A stretch of DNA of 64,000 bases. It comes from Thermodesulfobacteriota bacterium (GTDB lineage Bacteria; Desulfobacterota_D; UBA1144; Nemesobacterales; JAJCZQ01). Under the pieces are notes generated by a model. It did not search any database. It was not told the origin of the DNA and saw nothing but the letters and a program-made list of their open reading frames with translations. The position numbers were made by a program, and so were the translations under genes. Shown one piece after another: positions 1-9,661 of this stretch. Each line of letters begins with the position of its first letter. The stretch's first letter is position 1. Location: the NCBI GenBank assembly GCA_965215275.1, contig OZ244044.1:1120001-1184000 (forward strand). Direction: 5' to 3'.

Positions 1-2569
1 AGCAGAAGATGGAGAAGAAGTGGGGACCTTACACTCATGGAGCATTAAGGTATACGGGAATTTTTATCAGGGACATGGCAGTGAGATCACTACTAAAGCT
101 ATAAGTCTGCCTTTTATTGCTAATAAGGAATACACACAAAATACTTCAGTAGAAGACACGTATCCTGAAGCAACGGGAGATAATCCGCCTTATACTTATA
201 GATTTGTTCGCGGTACATTACCAGATGGACTAAGCTTTGATCCTGACACCCGGGTGCTGAGCGGAACACCAACTACTGTAGGTAGGAAAACTGCTCAATA
301 TTTAGCAGAAGACGCAAGTGGAGATATAGCAAGGAGGACCTTCTTTATAACTATAACAGCAGGACCGCCAACCTTTTCAGGAGCAACGGTCCCTGAACAG
401 ATATGGACGGAAGGGGTAAGGATACCAACATTACGTTTTCCTAATGCAACGGGAGGTAACGGAACTTTAACATACTTTTTAAGTCCTGCGCAGCCAGTTG
501 GTATCAGCAGACAGGACAACAGGTTATTCGGAACACCTACGGAACCTCAAAGAAGATCTCTTTATACATGGACAGTCAGAGACAAAGATAATGATGAGGA
601 TATTATTGAGTTCTATATTACTGTAAGAGAGAACGTCCCTACCTTCGGAGGTCAGACCATACCTCAGCAGAATTATATAGTAGGCAGAACAATACAAAGA
701 TTAGTATTTCCTCGTGCAACGGGAGAGGAACCGTTAACTTACAATTTAGAAGGAGGTCCGACTAATTTACCAGGTGGATTGAACTTAGTAAGTAATCCAA
801 CAAGTATAATAGGAACACCAACTACAACGGCGGACATTAATTACAGATGGACAGTTACGGACAAAGATGGAGATAAGACAGAACTTCCGTTCAGGATGAA
901 GATAAGGTCTGCATCTGAAGTACCGGACTTCGGCAGTGAGACGGTAGAAGATCAGGTGTGGGGTAACGGCAGAGCAGTAACGTTAACTCTGCCTCAGGCA
1001 ACTGGAGGGAATGGAACTTTAAATTACAGTTTAAGCGGTGTTATACCAAATGGACTTACTTTTAACCAAAACACCAGAACGTTAAGTGGAACGCTCAACA
1101 TTGTTGATACAAGTATATTACCTGTAACTGGAACTTATACCTGGAAGGTAACTGACTCTGACTCAGATGATGACGGTGATTCTGACAGTATTACCTTCTC
1201 TATTACTATAGAAACTGATTCAGAGCCGAGCTTCGGAGGTCAGACCATCCCAAATCAGACATATATTGAAAGGACAACCTTCGGTCTTCCAGTAACGCTG
1301 CCTGAAGCAGTTACAAATACAGGGAATGGGACTTTAATTTACAGTTTAAACCGTAGTTTACCTAGTGGTTTGAGCTTTGATCCTGCTACCAGAGTGATAA
1401 GTGGAACTCCAACTCATAGGCAACCTATTTTTTCAACTTATACATATAGGGTAAGAGATAATGATGGAGATACGGCTAATCTGAGTTTCCGCCTGCAAAT
1501 AATCGGTAACACCCGGCCAAGCTTTCATAATACGATAACAGATAAGGTGTATTATACGTTTACAGCAGTAACGGAAACGTTACCTGAGGCAGCACAAAAT
1601 AATAATCCACCTTCAACTTACAGTTTAACTCCTGCATTACCTGATGGACTGATCTTTACCCCTGCTACCAGAGAGATAACAGGAACACCAACTGCTGCAA
1701 TGTCTGAGACTGATTACACGTATACGGTTGCTGATCTAAATGGAGATACGGACGAGTTAACATTCAGTATCACTGTATTGGCAGTAGCAGACACGGAACC
1801 GACCTTCGGCAGTGAAACTATAGATAACAAGGTATATATAAACTACGGAGAAGCAGTAACGGAAACACTGCCTGAAGCAACGTCAGGGAATGCACCATTA
1901 ACTTACAGTTTAAAGAGGGACCATTTTGGTAGTTTCACTACTGCTTTATTTAAGGGATTGACATTTACTGCAAACACCAGAGAGTTAAGCGGAACACCCA
2001 ATCTTGATATTCATCCAAGTCTATTTCCTGTAACTGCTACTCATACATATAAAGTAAGAGACAATGATGGAGATACAGCAGAGATAATGTTCAGTATAAC
2101 AATAGAAGAAGACAGCGAACCGGACTTCAGCGGTGTGACAATACCAGATCGTGTGTACACGGGGAGAACAATAGAGCTGCCAGAGGCAGCGGGAGGGAAT
2201 TTACCAGTTACTTACAGTATAACACCTGATCTGCCAGCTGGATTGAGATTTAACGAAGTAACGCGGGAAATAAGTGGGACACCCAGGAGTGCATCAACAA
2301 GAACTTACACGTATACGGTAACGGACAGCAATGGAGATACGGATGATGCGACTTTCATGCTCAGTGTAGAGGTTACTTCTACTCCAGGACCAACACCACC
2401 ACGAGGACCAAGAACGTCAGGTACTGATTCAGGCGGAGGTGGAGGAGGATGTGCTGTATCAGAGCAGAGCAGCGTTGATGAAGATATTCTCGGAGTAATG
2501 ACATGTCTGATACTTATACCTGTGTCAGTAACGATAAGAAGAAAGAGAAGAGCTCAGGTAAAGACTTAG
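1..2569 (+). CDS. 5'-truncated surface protein: end of a proprotein-convertase P domain, 8 He_PIG/cadherin-like Ig repeats, Pro/Thr linker, Gly6-Cys-TM-basic C-terminal sorting signal
   Basis: Frame is open from base 2 (AEDGEEVGTLHSWSIKVYG), matching AGTLHSWNIKVYG at the P-domain end of the 36.6-39 kb paralog. Repeats of PxF..T(I/V)..TLPEA.GN..LTYSL..LPxGLxF..SGTP..YTYxVxDxDGD; C-terminus GGGGGGCAVS...LILIPVSVTIRRKRR. Confidence 0.85.
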   Translation, partial: AEDGEEVGTLHSWSIKVYGNFYQGHGSEITTKAISLPFIANKEYTQNTSVEDTYPEATGDNPPYTYRFVRGTLPDGLSFDPDTRVLSGTPTTVGRKTAQYLAEDASGDIARRTFFITITAGPPTFSGATVPEQIWTEGVRIPTLRFPNATGGNGTLTYFLSPAQPVGISRQDNRLFGTPTEPQRRSLYTWTVRDKDNDEDIIEFYITVRENVPTFGGQTIPQQNYIVGRTIQRLVFPRATGEEPLTYNLEGGPTNLPGGLNLVSNPTSIIGTPTTTADINYRWTVTDKDGDKTELPFRMKIRSASEVPDFGSETVEDQVWGNGRAVTLTLPQATGGNGTLNYSLSGVIPNGLTFNQNTRTLSGTLNIVDTSILPVTGTYTWKVTDSDSDDDGDSDSITFSITIETDSEPSFGGQTIPNQTYIERTTFGLPVTLPEAVTNTGNGTLIYSLNRSLPSGLSFDPATRVISGTPTHRQPIFSTYTYRVRDNDGDTANLSFRLQIIGNTRPSFHNTITDKVYYTFTAVTETLPEAAQNNNPPSTYSLTPALPDGLIFTPATREITGTPTAAMSETDYTYTVADLNGDTDELTFSITVLAVADTEPTFGSETIDNKVYINYGEAVTETLPEATSGNAPLTYSLKRDHFGSFTTALFKGLTFTANTRELSGTPNLDIHPSLFPVTATHTYKVRDNDGDTAEIMFSITIEEDSEPDFSGVTIPDRVYTGRTIELPEAAGGNLPVTYSITPDLPAGLRFNEVTREISGTPRSASTRTYTYTVTDSNGDTDDATFMLSVEVTSTPGPTPPRGPRTSGTDSGGGGGGCAVSEQSSVDEDILGVMTCLILIPVSVTIRRKRRAQVKT

Positions 2570-2684
2570 CAATGCACTTCTTTCAAAGGTATTTCTGAGA
2601 GAATTGGAGTCTGGTTTTCTTTTATAAGTTCGTTGAGGAGAACGGGTGTATTACCGTGTATTGAGCTATAGTATGTAATTCCCT

Positions 2685-2707
2685 TTATATAACTGTCAGT
2701 TATATAA
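2685..2707. repeat. Perfect AT-rich palindrome TTATATAACTG-T-CAGTTATATAA between convergent genes
   Basis: 11-bp arms are exact reverse complements around a 1-nt centre. Confidence 0.7.
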
Positions 2708-2797
2708 GTTATTTAATTTTTCTTATGTCTGGTTATCAAGATAATTCCGAAGCTATCTATACAGATTTGCAGGACAGAAAAACTTATTACTTGGCTG

Positions 2798-3757
2798 CTA
2801 AACTGGTGAGATCTCAAGCATTCTGTTAATGGACCTTCTGGCTTTTGCAGCAATTTCGCTTGGAACGTCAACTTCGTAAATTTCTTCCCTGAGCGATATC
2901 AGGACCTTTTCAAGCGTTATCATCTTCATGTACTCACAGACGGCGGATTCATTTGCGGCAAAGAAAGTTTTTTCCGGATTCTCCTTCCTCATTCTATGCA
3001 GAATGCCAGTTTCCGTTGCAACAATAAACTCATTTGCATCAGAAGAACAGGCGTGCTTTACCATACCGCCGGTAGATAGGAATTTTATATCATCAGGTAG
3101 TTCCTTTCCTTCCTTCACGCTTTGATAAAGGTAAGTTGTAGTGCAGCCACATTCGGGATGAACTATCATATCCGCCTCGGGATGTTCTTTTTTCATGGTC
3201 TTAATGTCCTTAACCTTTATTCCGGCGTGCACGTGGCACTCGCCGGGCCAGATATGGATGTTATCCCTTCCAGTTACTTTTGCCACGTAAGCTCCAAGAA
3301 ACATATCGGGCAGAAACAGTATCTCCCGATCACTTGGAATTGCCTTTACCACCTGCACGGCATTTGACGAAGTTACACAGTAATCAGTCTCAGATTTAAC
3401 TTCCGCAGAAGTATTAACATAAGAAACCACTACCGCCTCCGGGTGTTCACTTTTCCATTCTTTGAGTTTTTTCATATCTATGGTCTCAGCAAGGGAGCAT
3501 CCTGCATCCAGATCGGGAATTAAAACTTTTTTATCAGGAGATATTATAGATGCCGTTTCAGCCATAAAATGAACTCCGCAGAAAACTATCATCTCAGAAT
3601 CAGTAACGGACGCCTTTTGTGACAGTCCAAGCGAATCCCCAACGTAATCTGCAACGTCCTGCACTTCGGGAAGTTGATAATTGTGTGCAAGAATAATGGC
3701 TTTTTTCTTAATTCTCAGCTCATTGATCTCTTCCACTATGCCGCTTATATCTTTCAT
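2798..3757 (-). CDS. nadA: Quinolinate synthase
   Basis: AHNYQ, FCGVHFMAETA, AGCSLA, YVNTSA, HPEC, CEYMK motifs. Confidence 0.97.
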   Translation of the reverse strand: MKDISGIVEEINELRIKKKAIILAHNYQLPEVQDVADYVGDSLGLSQKASVTDSEMIVFCGVHFMAETASIISPDKKVLIPDLDAGCSLAETIDMKKLKEWKSEHPEAVVVSYVNTSAEVKSETDYCVTSSNAVQVVKAIPSDREILFLPDMFLGAYVAKVTGRDNIHIWPGECHVHAGIKVKDIKTMKKEHPEADMIVHPECGCTTTYLYQSVKEGKELPDDIKFLSTGGMVKHACSSDANEFIVATETGILHRMRKENPEKTFFAANESAVCEYMKMITLEKVLISLREEIYEVDVPSEIAAKARRSINRMLEISPV

Positions 3758-3816
3758 TTTTGTTCAACCACCGCTTCTTGCAGAATAACAAGAAAAGTGG
3801 ATCATTGTAAGGATTA

Positions 3817-4680
3817 TTATATCATATCAAGGCTTATATCTAAAGCCTGAGCCGAATGAGTTAAAGCACCCACAGAAATAAGGTTCACCCCCAACTCCGC
3901 CACCTGCCTTACTCTTTCTAAAGTAATTCCACCGGAAGCTTCTATAAGCGCTTTTTCTCCTATAATGCAAACCGCTTCCTTCATTAAGTTATCCGGCATG
4001 TTATCGAGCATTATAATATCCGCTCCTGCCTCCAGGGATTGCTCCACCTGATCCAATCTTGAAGTTTCAACCTCTATCTTATGGTCAGAACATAAGTTTC
4101 GCTTGATCTTTTCAACTGCCTGCTTAATACCACCTGCAAGTTTAATGTGATTGTCTTTTATAAGTATCCCATCCGAAAGTCCTATCCTGTGATTATGTCC
4201 CCCTCCCACTCTTACCGCGTATTTGCTAAGTATTCGCATGCCTGGAACGGTTTTTCTCGTATCAATTATCTTAACGTTGTATCCTTCCACCGCTTTTACG
4301 TACTTGGATGTGGCAGTTGCTATACCACTAAGCCTCTGAAGTATATTAAGTGCCAGCCTTTCTCCTGTAAGAATGTATTTTTGTGAACCCCTTATTTTCA
4401 CTATCAAGTCACCAGCGTTCATCTTATCCCCGTCGCTTTTAGAACTTAAAAACTCGACAGAACTATCAAGTTTTCTGAATACTTCGCTTGCAACAGGAAG
4501 GCCTGCCAAGATTCCACCCTCCTTGCACCTGATCTCAGCGTTACACTCAATAGTTTTTGGAAAAAGCAACTCAGTGGTAATGTCACCTTTACCCACATCC
4601 TCTTCCAGTGCCAGATCTATGATCTTTTCAACCTTTGCCCAATCAAGACCGTAACTGCTCATAATAACAGTATTATACAA
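3817..4680 (-). CDS. nadC: Nicotinate-nucleotide pyrophosphorylase (start may be ATG 4662)
   Basis: DTRKT, NHRIGLSDGILIKDNHI, IMLDNM, EASGGI. Confidence 0.97.
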   Translation of the reverse strand: MYNTVIMSSYGLDWAKVEKIIDLALEEDVGKGDITTELLFPKTIECNAEIRCKEGGILAGLPVASEVFRKLDSSVEFLSSKSDGDKMNAGDLIVKIRGSQKYILTGERLALNILQRLSGIATATSKYVKAVEGYNVKIIDTRKTVPGMRILSKYAVRVGGGHNHRIGLSDGILIKDNHIKLAGGIKQAVEKIKRNLCSDHKIEVETSRLDQVEQSLEAGADIIMLDNMPDNLMKEAVCIIGEKALIEASGGITLERVRQVAELGVNLISVGALTHSAQALDISLDMI

Positions 4681-4774
4681 CCCTGACGCTTTTATTGTAA
4701 ATTAAATAACTATGCGAGGTTCCAGAAGACATAACTGTATATTCTCTTAAGAAGGCAAAAAAAGACGCGTCAGA

Positions 4775-6391
4775 CTAAAGGGATATCTTATAAGGAACGG
4801 AACCTTTTTTAACGGCAAAATGGAGATTTAGCTTTTTATCTTCCATTGGAAAATCAGCTCTGATATGAGAACCCCGGGATTCTTCCCTTATGTACGCCGA
4901 CCTTGCGATCAGCATACTCACGTTCACCATGCTGGAGATCTTGTATTTTATCCACCCGGACAGCTCTTCAACTTCCTTTGTAATATCCTCAAGTTCTTCC
5001 AGGTGTGAACTTATCCCGTTCCCGTCTCTCACGATCCCGAGTTTTTTATTGTTCTGGTCTAATATCCTGTCTCTCAACATACTGTATTTTTCCCCGTCAC
5101 CTTCCGATATGGAAAAAATGAGGGTAGGGATGTCCGGCCGAAAAGACCTGCTCACTTCAGTTTTATTTCTTACGAACATATCAACTGCTCTTTTTGCAAA
5201 TACCATACATTCCAAAAGAGAATTACTTGCAAGTCTGTTTGCTCCGTGAACTCCCGTACATGCAGCCTCTCCACAGGCAAAAAAACCGCTGAGACTGGTT
5301 TCTCCGTTAAGTCCGGTCCTGACCCCTCCGATCGTGTAATGTGCTGCGGGAGCAACCGGGATCAAGTCCTGCGTCAGATCAAAACCGTTCTGAAGGCACA
5401 GGCTGTATATATTGGTAAATCTTTTCTTTACAAATTCCGGGTCAAGATGTTCCAGGGTAAGGTAGACGCAGTCGTGTCCTGAACGCCTGATCTCGTTATA
5501 TATAACTTTTGAAACCACGTCCCTGGGTGCAAGTTCTCCAAGGTCATGATGATCCTTCATGAACCTTTTCCCATCTATATTCACAAGGTGTGCACCTTCA
5601 CCTCTGACCGCCTCGGTTATTAAAAACGTTTTTCCTTTTTTTGTGTAAAATGCCGTCGGGTGAAACTGAATAAATTCCATGTCCATAAGTTCTGCACCAG
5701 CTCTGTAGGCAAGATCAATTCCCTCGCCGGTCGATCCTTCAGAATTGGTGGTGGGTTTGAAAAGTGCCGAAGCTCCCCCGGCTGCCAGTATTGTGGAACT
5801 TGAGCGTATAAGTACGTATTTTAACCTCTTCTGATCGTACGCCCAGGCACCGAAACAGCTTTTTTCATCGGACACGAGGTCCGTGACCGTTGTAAGTTCA
5901 AGCAGTCTGATATTTGAATTATTAACCACGGACGAAATTAGAAAGTTTACCGTTCTTTCCCCGGTTGAATTACCTCCCGCGTGTAAGACCCTTCTTCTTG
6001 AATGACCTCCTTCCAGACCAAGAGCAAGACCTTCCTCGTCGTAGTCAAACTTCATACCAAGGTCGATCAGGTCCAGTACCCTTTCCGCTCCATCTTTAAC
6101 GAGTATGTTAACCGCTGCAATGTTACAAAGACCGCCGCCGGCGTTTACAGTGTCCATTTTATGAAAAGCAGTTGAGTCTTCAGAATCGATCGCAGCTGCT
6201 ATTCCTCCCTGTGCCCAGTAAGAGTTGCTTTCGATAAGGGTTGACTTTGTAACGACCACCACGCTTCCGAAGCTTGAAGCGTAGCTGGCAGCGTAAAGTC
6301 CGGCTATGCCGCTGCCGATGATCAGAAAATCGGTGTTTAATTCTAAAAAGTCCAAATTTTCCAGTTTATCCGCCATAAATGTCCGATACAA
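4775..6391 (-). CDS. nadB: L-aspartate oxidase (start may be ATG 6376)
   Basis: GSGIAG FAD motif, SYWAQGGIAA, EGGHSRRRVLH, QFHPT, GVHGANRLASNSLLE; next to nadC/nadA. Confidence 0.96.
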   Translation of the reverse strand: MYRTFMADKLENLDFLELNTDFLIIGSGIAGLYAASYASSFGSVVVVTKSTLIESNSYWAQGGIAAAIDSEDSTAFHKMDTVNAGGGLCNIAAVNILVKDGAERVLDLIDLGMKFDYDEEGLALGLEGGHSRRRVLHAGGNSTGERTVNFLISSVVNNSNIRLLELTTVTDLVSDEKSCFGAWAYDQKRLKYVLIRSSSTILAAGGASALFKPTTNSEGSTGEGIDLAYRAGAELMDMEFIQFHPTAFYTKKGKTFLITEAVRGEGAHLVNIDGKRFMKDHHDLGELAPRDVVSKVIYNEIRRSGHDCVYLTLEHLDPEFVKKRFTNIYSLCLQNGFDLTQDLIPVAPAAHYTIGGVRTGLNGETSLSGFFACGEAACTGVHGANRLASNSLLECMVFAKRAVDMFVRNKTEVSRSFRPDIPTLIFSISEGDGEKYSMLRDRILDQNNKKLGIVRDGNGISSHLEELEDITKEVEELSGWIKYKISSMVNVSMLIARSAYIREESRGSHIRADFPMEDKKLNLHFAVKKGSVPYKISL

Positions 6392-6394
6392 ACA

Positions 6395-9028
6395 TCATCC
6401 CGCCAGAACTTCCATGAGCATATTCTTTATTCTCTCAAGCTTCCTGGCATCAAAGACTTTTTTGTTCCTGCCGTCAGATACATAAAATACATCAACGGCC
6501 TGATCGACCTTTGTTGAGATCTTTGCATAGTTTATATTAAGTCCGAGCTTGGTCAGCGTTTTTGTAATGTCATAAAGCAGACCCGTGCGGTCATGAGCAT
6601 AGATATCGATTACGGTGGAATGATCTGATGAATCGTTATCAAACTCAATCCTGGCAGGATATTCAGGGATGCTTTTCTGATACAGGGACTGACTGGACAT
6701 TCGTTTTCTGACCAGGTCTTCCACGCTGATCCTGTTCTCCAGTACGTCTTTGATGTTTGAATCTATTTTATTCCACATCGTCTCGTTCCGGTCTGAGGTC
6801 AGTCTGCTCAGATAATCAATGTAAAACACGTCCAGCACTCTGCCGTCTTTGGTAGTGGACAGTCTTGCACCCAGTATGTTTATGTCGCTTGCGCTTAACA
6901 CCCCGCATATCTTATATATAAGGCCTTTTTGATCACTTCCCCAGAAGACAAACTCGTCATGATCGTCCTTGGGATGAGGGATCAGATCGGTAACGGTCTT
7001 TGAACCGGCCCTGGTCGCGATCTGAATATGATGAGCGATGGACTTGGGAACATGAACGTATAAGTATGAGAAAGGAAGCCTTTCAAGAAATTTTCTGACG
7101 TCTTCCTTTTCCATTTTACCTTTCAGGAACTTCATCGTCCTGTTCATCGTGTACCTGATACGTTTCTCGATTGATTCGGTCGTATAGTCCCCTACTTCAA
7201 AATATTTTGAAGTCCTCAGGTACAGTTCTCTCAGCAGCATGCCTTTCCAGTTGGTCCAGACGTCAGGACCGACGGACCTTATATCGGCAAACGTCAGCAG
7301 ATAAAGCAGGTTCAGTGTTTCCATACTCCTTAACATGTGCGTTAATCTCTCTATAAGGCTTATATCGTGCAGGTCCCTTCTTTGTGAAAAGTGGGACATA
7401 ACAAGATGGTTCTTAACCAGGAACTCAAGCTGCTCTGCATCCTGCTTCTGCAAGCCCATTCTTTTGGCGATCTTTGATGCCATTACAGCTCCTGTCTCAG
7501 CATGATTTCTACCCGAACCCTTACCGGCATCATGGATCAGGCACGCAAGGTACAGAACATCCCGCTTTACCACGGATTCGGCGATCTTGGTCAAAAGAGG
7601 GAACTCCTCTTCATACTTATAGCTTATGAGGTCTTCTACTTCACGAACCATCATTATAGAATGCACGTCGGTCGTATAAACGTGATAGGCGTCATGCTGT
7701 ACCATACACACTATCTTGCCGAATTCCGGCATGTAGTGCCCGAGAACTCTGAGTTCGTTCATTAAAAACAGGGTCTTTGCAACGTTGTTCCCGGTTCTCA
7801 AGATCCTGAGAAAAGCACTGTTAAAACGGCCGTTCCTTCTGGTCTTATCGTCTATACGAGCTGAATTTTCCCATATAAGCCACGTAAGATGTGTGCTCAT
7901 TTCAACTTTATACTTATCCGCGTATTCGAACGCACGGATAAAATTAACTGGGTCTTCTCTGAATATATCTTTATCTTTCACCGACAGCTGGCCTCTTCTG
8001 ATCACAAAACCATTATCTACGTGTCTGCTTCTTCTGAAAAAATGCCACCTGTTGGTAGCCAGACATTCATCGACTATTTTTTTAGAGTGCATGTGGCTTA
8101 ATCTGGCCCTTAAATAATAAACCCGCATGAACTTCTCAACTGCCTTGATCTTGGAATCCTTGTAATTAAAGAACTTTGAAACTTTCTCCTGAAGTTCAAA
8201 GCTGAGCCTGTCATCCCTTCTGCCGGACTGATAGTGCATCTCGGACCTTACTGCAAGAAGGAAGTTATAGCACCTTTCAATTATCTGATACTCCTTTGAA
8301 CTGATAACGCTTTTATTTAAAAGAGACAGCAGGTCCCGGCTCTTGTACTTTGCCTTGGCGATCCAAAGAGCTGACTGTATATCCCTTAATCCCCCCTCTC
8401 CTTCTTTGACGTTAGGCTCCAGCAGATATAAGGAACCGCCGAACTTTTTAACCCGATTTACAGTTTCATTGAACTTGCGCTTTATGAACTTTCCGGAAAT
8501 TTTCGGCAGGACCTGACCGTATATCGTTGTATCAAGTTTGTCAGAGAGGAGCTTATCACCGTAAATGTGATGACAGTCCATCAGAGAGGTCAGGATGGTG
8601 GTATCTTCATCGTAGGACAGGTCTCTGCATTCCTCTATGGTCCTTACCGAGTGCCCGACGTCAAGATTTAAGTCCCATAAGAAATACACCAGTGATTCAA
8701 CCATATTTTTAACAAGGGACCTGTTTTTCTTGGTATGAAGAAAGAGCAGGTCTATATCAGAATAAGGACAGAGTTCTCTGCGGCCGTACCCTCCAATGGC
8801 CACAACGGAAACCCCTTTGAGATCTTCAAAGCCAAACCCCTCTAAAACACGTATGATAAGCTGGTCATAGACCTTTGATCTTTCCTTGCAGAGTTCGATC
8901 CCAAAGCTGGACTTGTATTTCCTGTTCCTTTTATGCTTTGCATGCAGGCTGGACTTTGCCTGGTCAAAGTAAGTTTTTATATCTGCTGTAAAGTCTTCTT
9001 TTTCTTTTACGGACAGTGGGTTCTTTAT
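6395..9028 (-). CDS. glnD: [Protein-PII] uridylyltransferase; N-terminus extends about 75 codons beyond the ORF-track GTG (8803), probable ATA start at 9028
   Basis: GGYGRRELCPYSDIDL, LEPNVKEGEGGLRDI, YHVYTTDVH, LIHDAGKG HD domain, two C-terminal ACT domains; upstream frame open to the TGA at 9035-9037. Confidence 0.93.
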   Translation of the reverse strand: MKNPLSVKEKEDFTADIKTYFDQAKSSLHAKHKRNRKYKSSFGIELCKERSKVYDQLIIRVLEGFGFEDLKGVSVVAIGGYGRRELCPYSDIDLLFLHTKKNRSLVKNMVESLVYFLWDLNLDVGHSVRTIEECRDLSYDEDTTILTSLMDCHHIYGDKLLSDKLDTTIYGQVLPKISGKFIKRKFNETVNRVKKFGGSLYLLEPNVKEGEGGLRDIQSALWIAKAKYKSRDLLSLLNKSVISSKEYQIIERCYNFLLAVRSEMHYQSGRRDDRLSFELQEKVSKFFNYKDSKIKAVEKFMRVYYLRARLSHMHSKKIVDECLATNRWHFFRRSRHVDNGFVIRRGQLSVKDKDIFREDPVNFIRAFEYADKYKVEMSTHLTWLIWENSARIDDKTRRNGRFNSAFLRILRTGNNVAKTLFLMNELRVLGHYMPEFGKIVCMVQHDAYHVYTTDVHSIMMVREVEDLISYKYEEEFPLLTKIAESVVKRDVLYLACLIHDAGKGSGRNHAETGAVMASKIAKRMGLQKQDAEQLEFLVKNHLVMSHFSQRRDLHDISLIERLTHMLRSMETLNLLYLLTFADIRSVGPDVWTNWKGMLLRELYLRTSKYFEVGDYTTESIEKRIRYTMNRTMKFLKGKMEKEDVRKFLERLPFSYLYVHVPKSIAHHIQIATRAGSKTVTDLIPHPKDDHDEFVFWGSDQKGLIYKICGVLSASDINILGARLSTTKDGRVLDVFYIDYLSRLTSDRNETMWNKIDSNIKDVLENRISVEDLVRKRMSSQSLYQKSIPEYPARIEFDNDSSDHSTVIDIYAHDRTGLLYDITKTLTKLGLNINYAKISTKVDQAVDVFYVSDGRNKKVFDARKLERIKNMLMEVLAG

Positions 9029-9034
9029 CTTATC

Positions 9035-9661
9035 TCACCTCTTGTAGCTTATGGATATACCATCCCTGATCGTTACGAAATCAGTTATAAACCTGCGGTC
9101 ACTGCATATCAGTTCATTAAAGGTCTTAACTCCCCTTGTGCCGGGTGAATCATCTTCCTGCAGTACCTTCCCGCTCCAGATCACGTTATCGGTTATAAGC
9201 AGACCGCCTTCGTTCAGTTTATCATAGGACAGGTCGATAACGTCCGGATAAAACTCCTTGTCAACGTCATTGAATATAATATCGAACCTGTCATCCGTTT
9301 CTCTCAGTATATTCAGTGAATCTCCCGTATGAAATTCCATCAGATCTTCGATGTCGGCCTTTTTAAAGAAATAAAGTGCTTTTTCCCTGTTCTTCTCCGA
9401 GTAATCGGTACAGAGCAGTCTGCCATCAGTTCCCAGTGCTTTTGCAAACCAGTAGGACGAATAACCAAAGCCCGAACCGAGTTCGAATATCTTTCTCGCA
9501 CGGCTCATCAGAGCGACCATGGAAAGAAAATGTCCGGCAAGTGGACCTACTATCGGAACCTCGTTCTCTGAGGCATAATCGTGCATTTCATCCAGTATCT
9601 CGGAAGCATCGATCGTCCTTTCCATGATGTATTTTTCTATCTTTGCGTCGATCAGGTTCAT
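9035..9661 (-). CDS. SAM-dependent O-methyltransferase (caffeoyl-CoA OMT/TrmR-like family)
   Basis: FELGSGFGYS, FDIIFNDVDK, GGLLITDNV. Confidence 0.88.
   Translation of the reverse strand: MNLIDAKIEKYIMERTIDASEILDEMHDYASENEVPIVGPLAGHFLSMVALMSRARKIFELGSGFGYSSYWFAKALGTDGRLLCTDYSEKNREKALYFFKKADIEDLMEFHTGDSLNILRETDDRFDIIFNDVDKEFYPDVIDLSYDKLNEGGLLITDNVIWSGKVLQEDDSPGTRGVKTFNELICSDRRFITDFVTIRDGISISYKR

Noticed and set aside
2566..2712. Short protein-like minus-strand frame (TDSYIKGITYYSSIHGNTPVLLNELIKENQTPILSEIPLKEVHC)
   Set aside because: No start codon, under 50 codons, no recognisable homology; a gene remnant cannot be supported.
9035..9037. Selenocysteine recoding of the TGA between the methyltransferase and glnD
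   Set aside because: No SECIS-like hairpin evident downstream and the position is not a Cys-type catalytic site.
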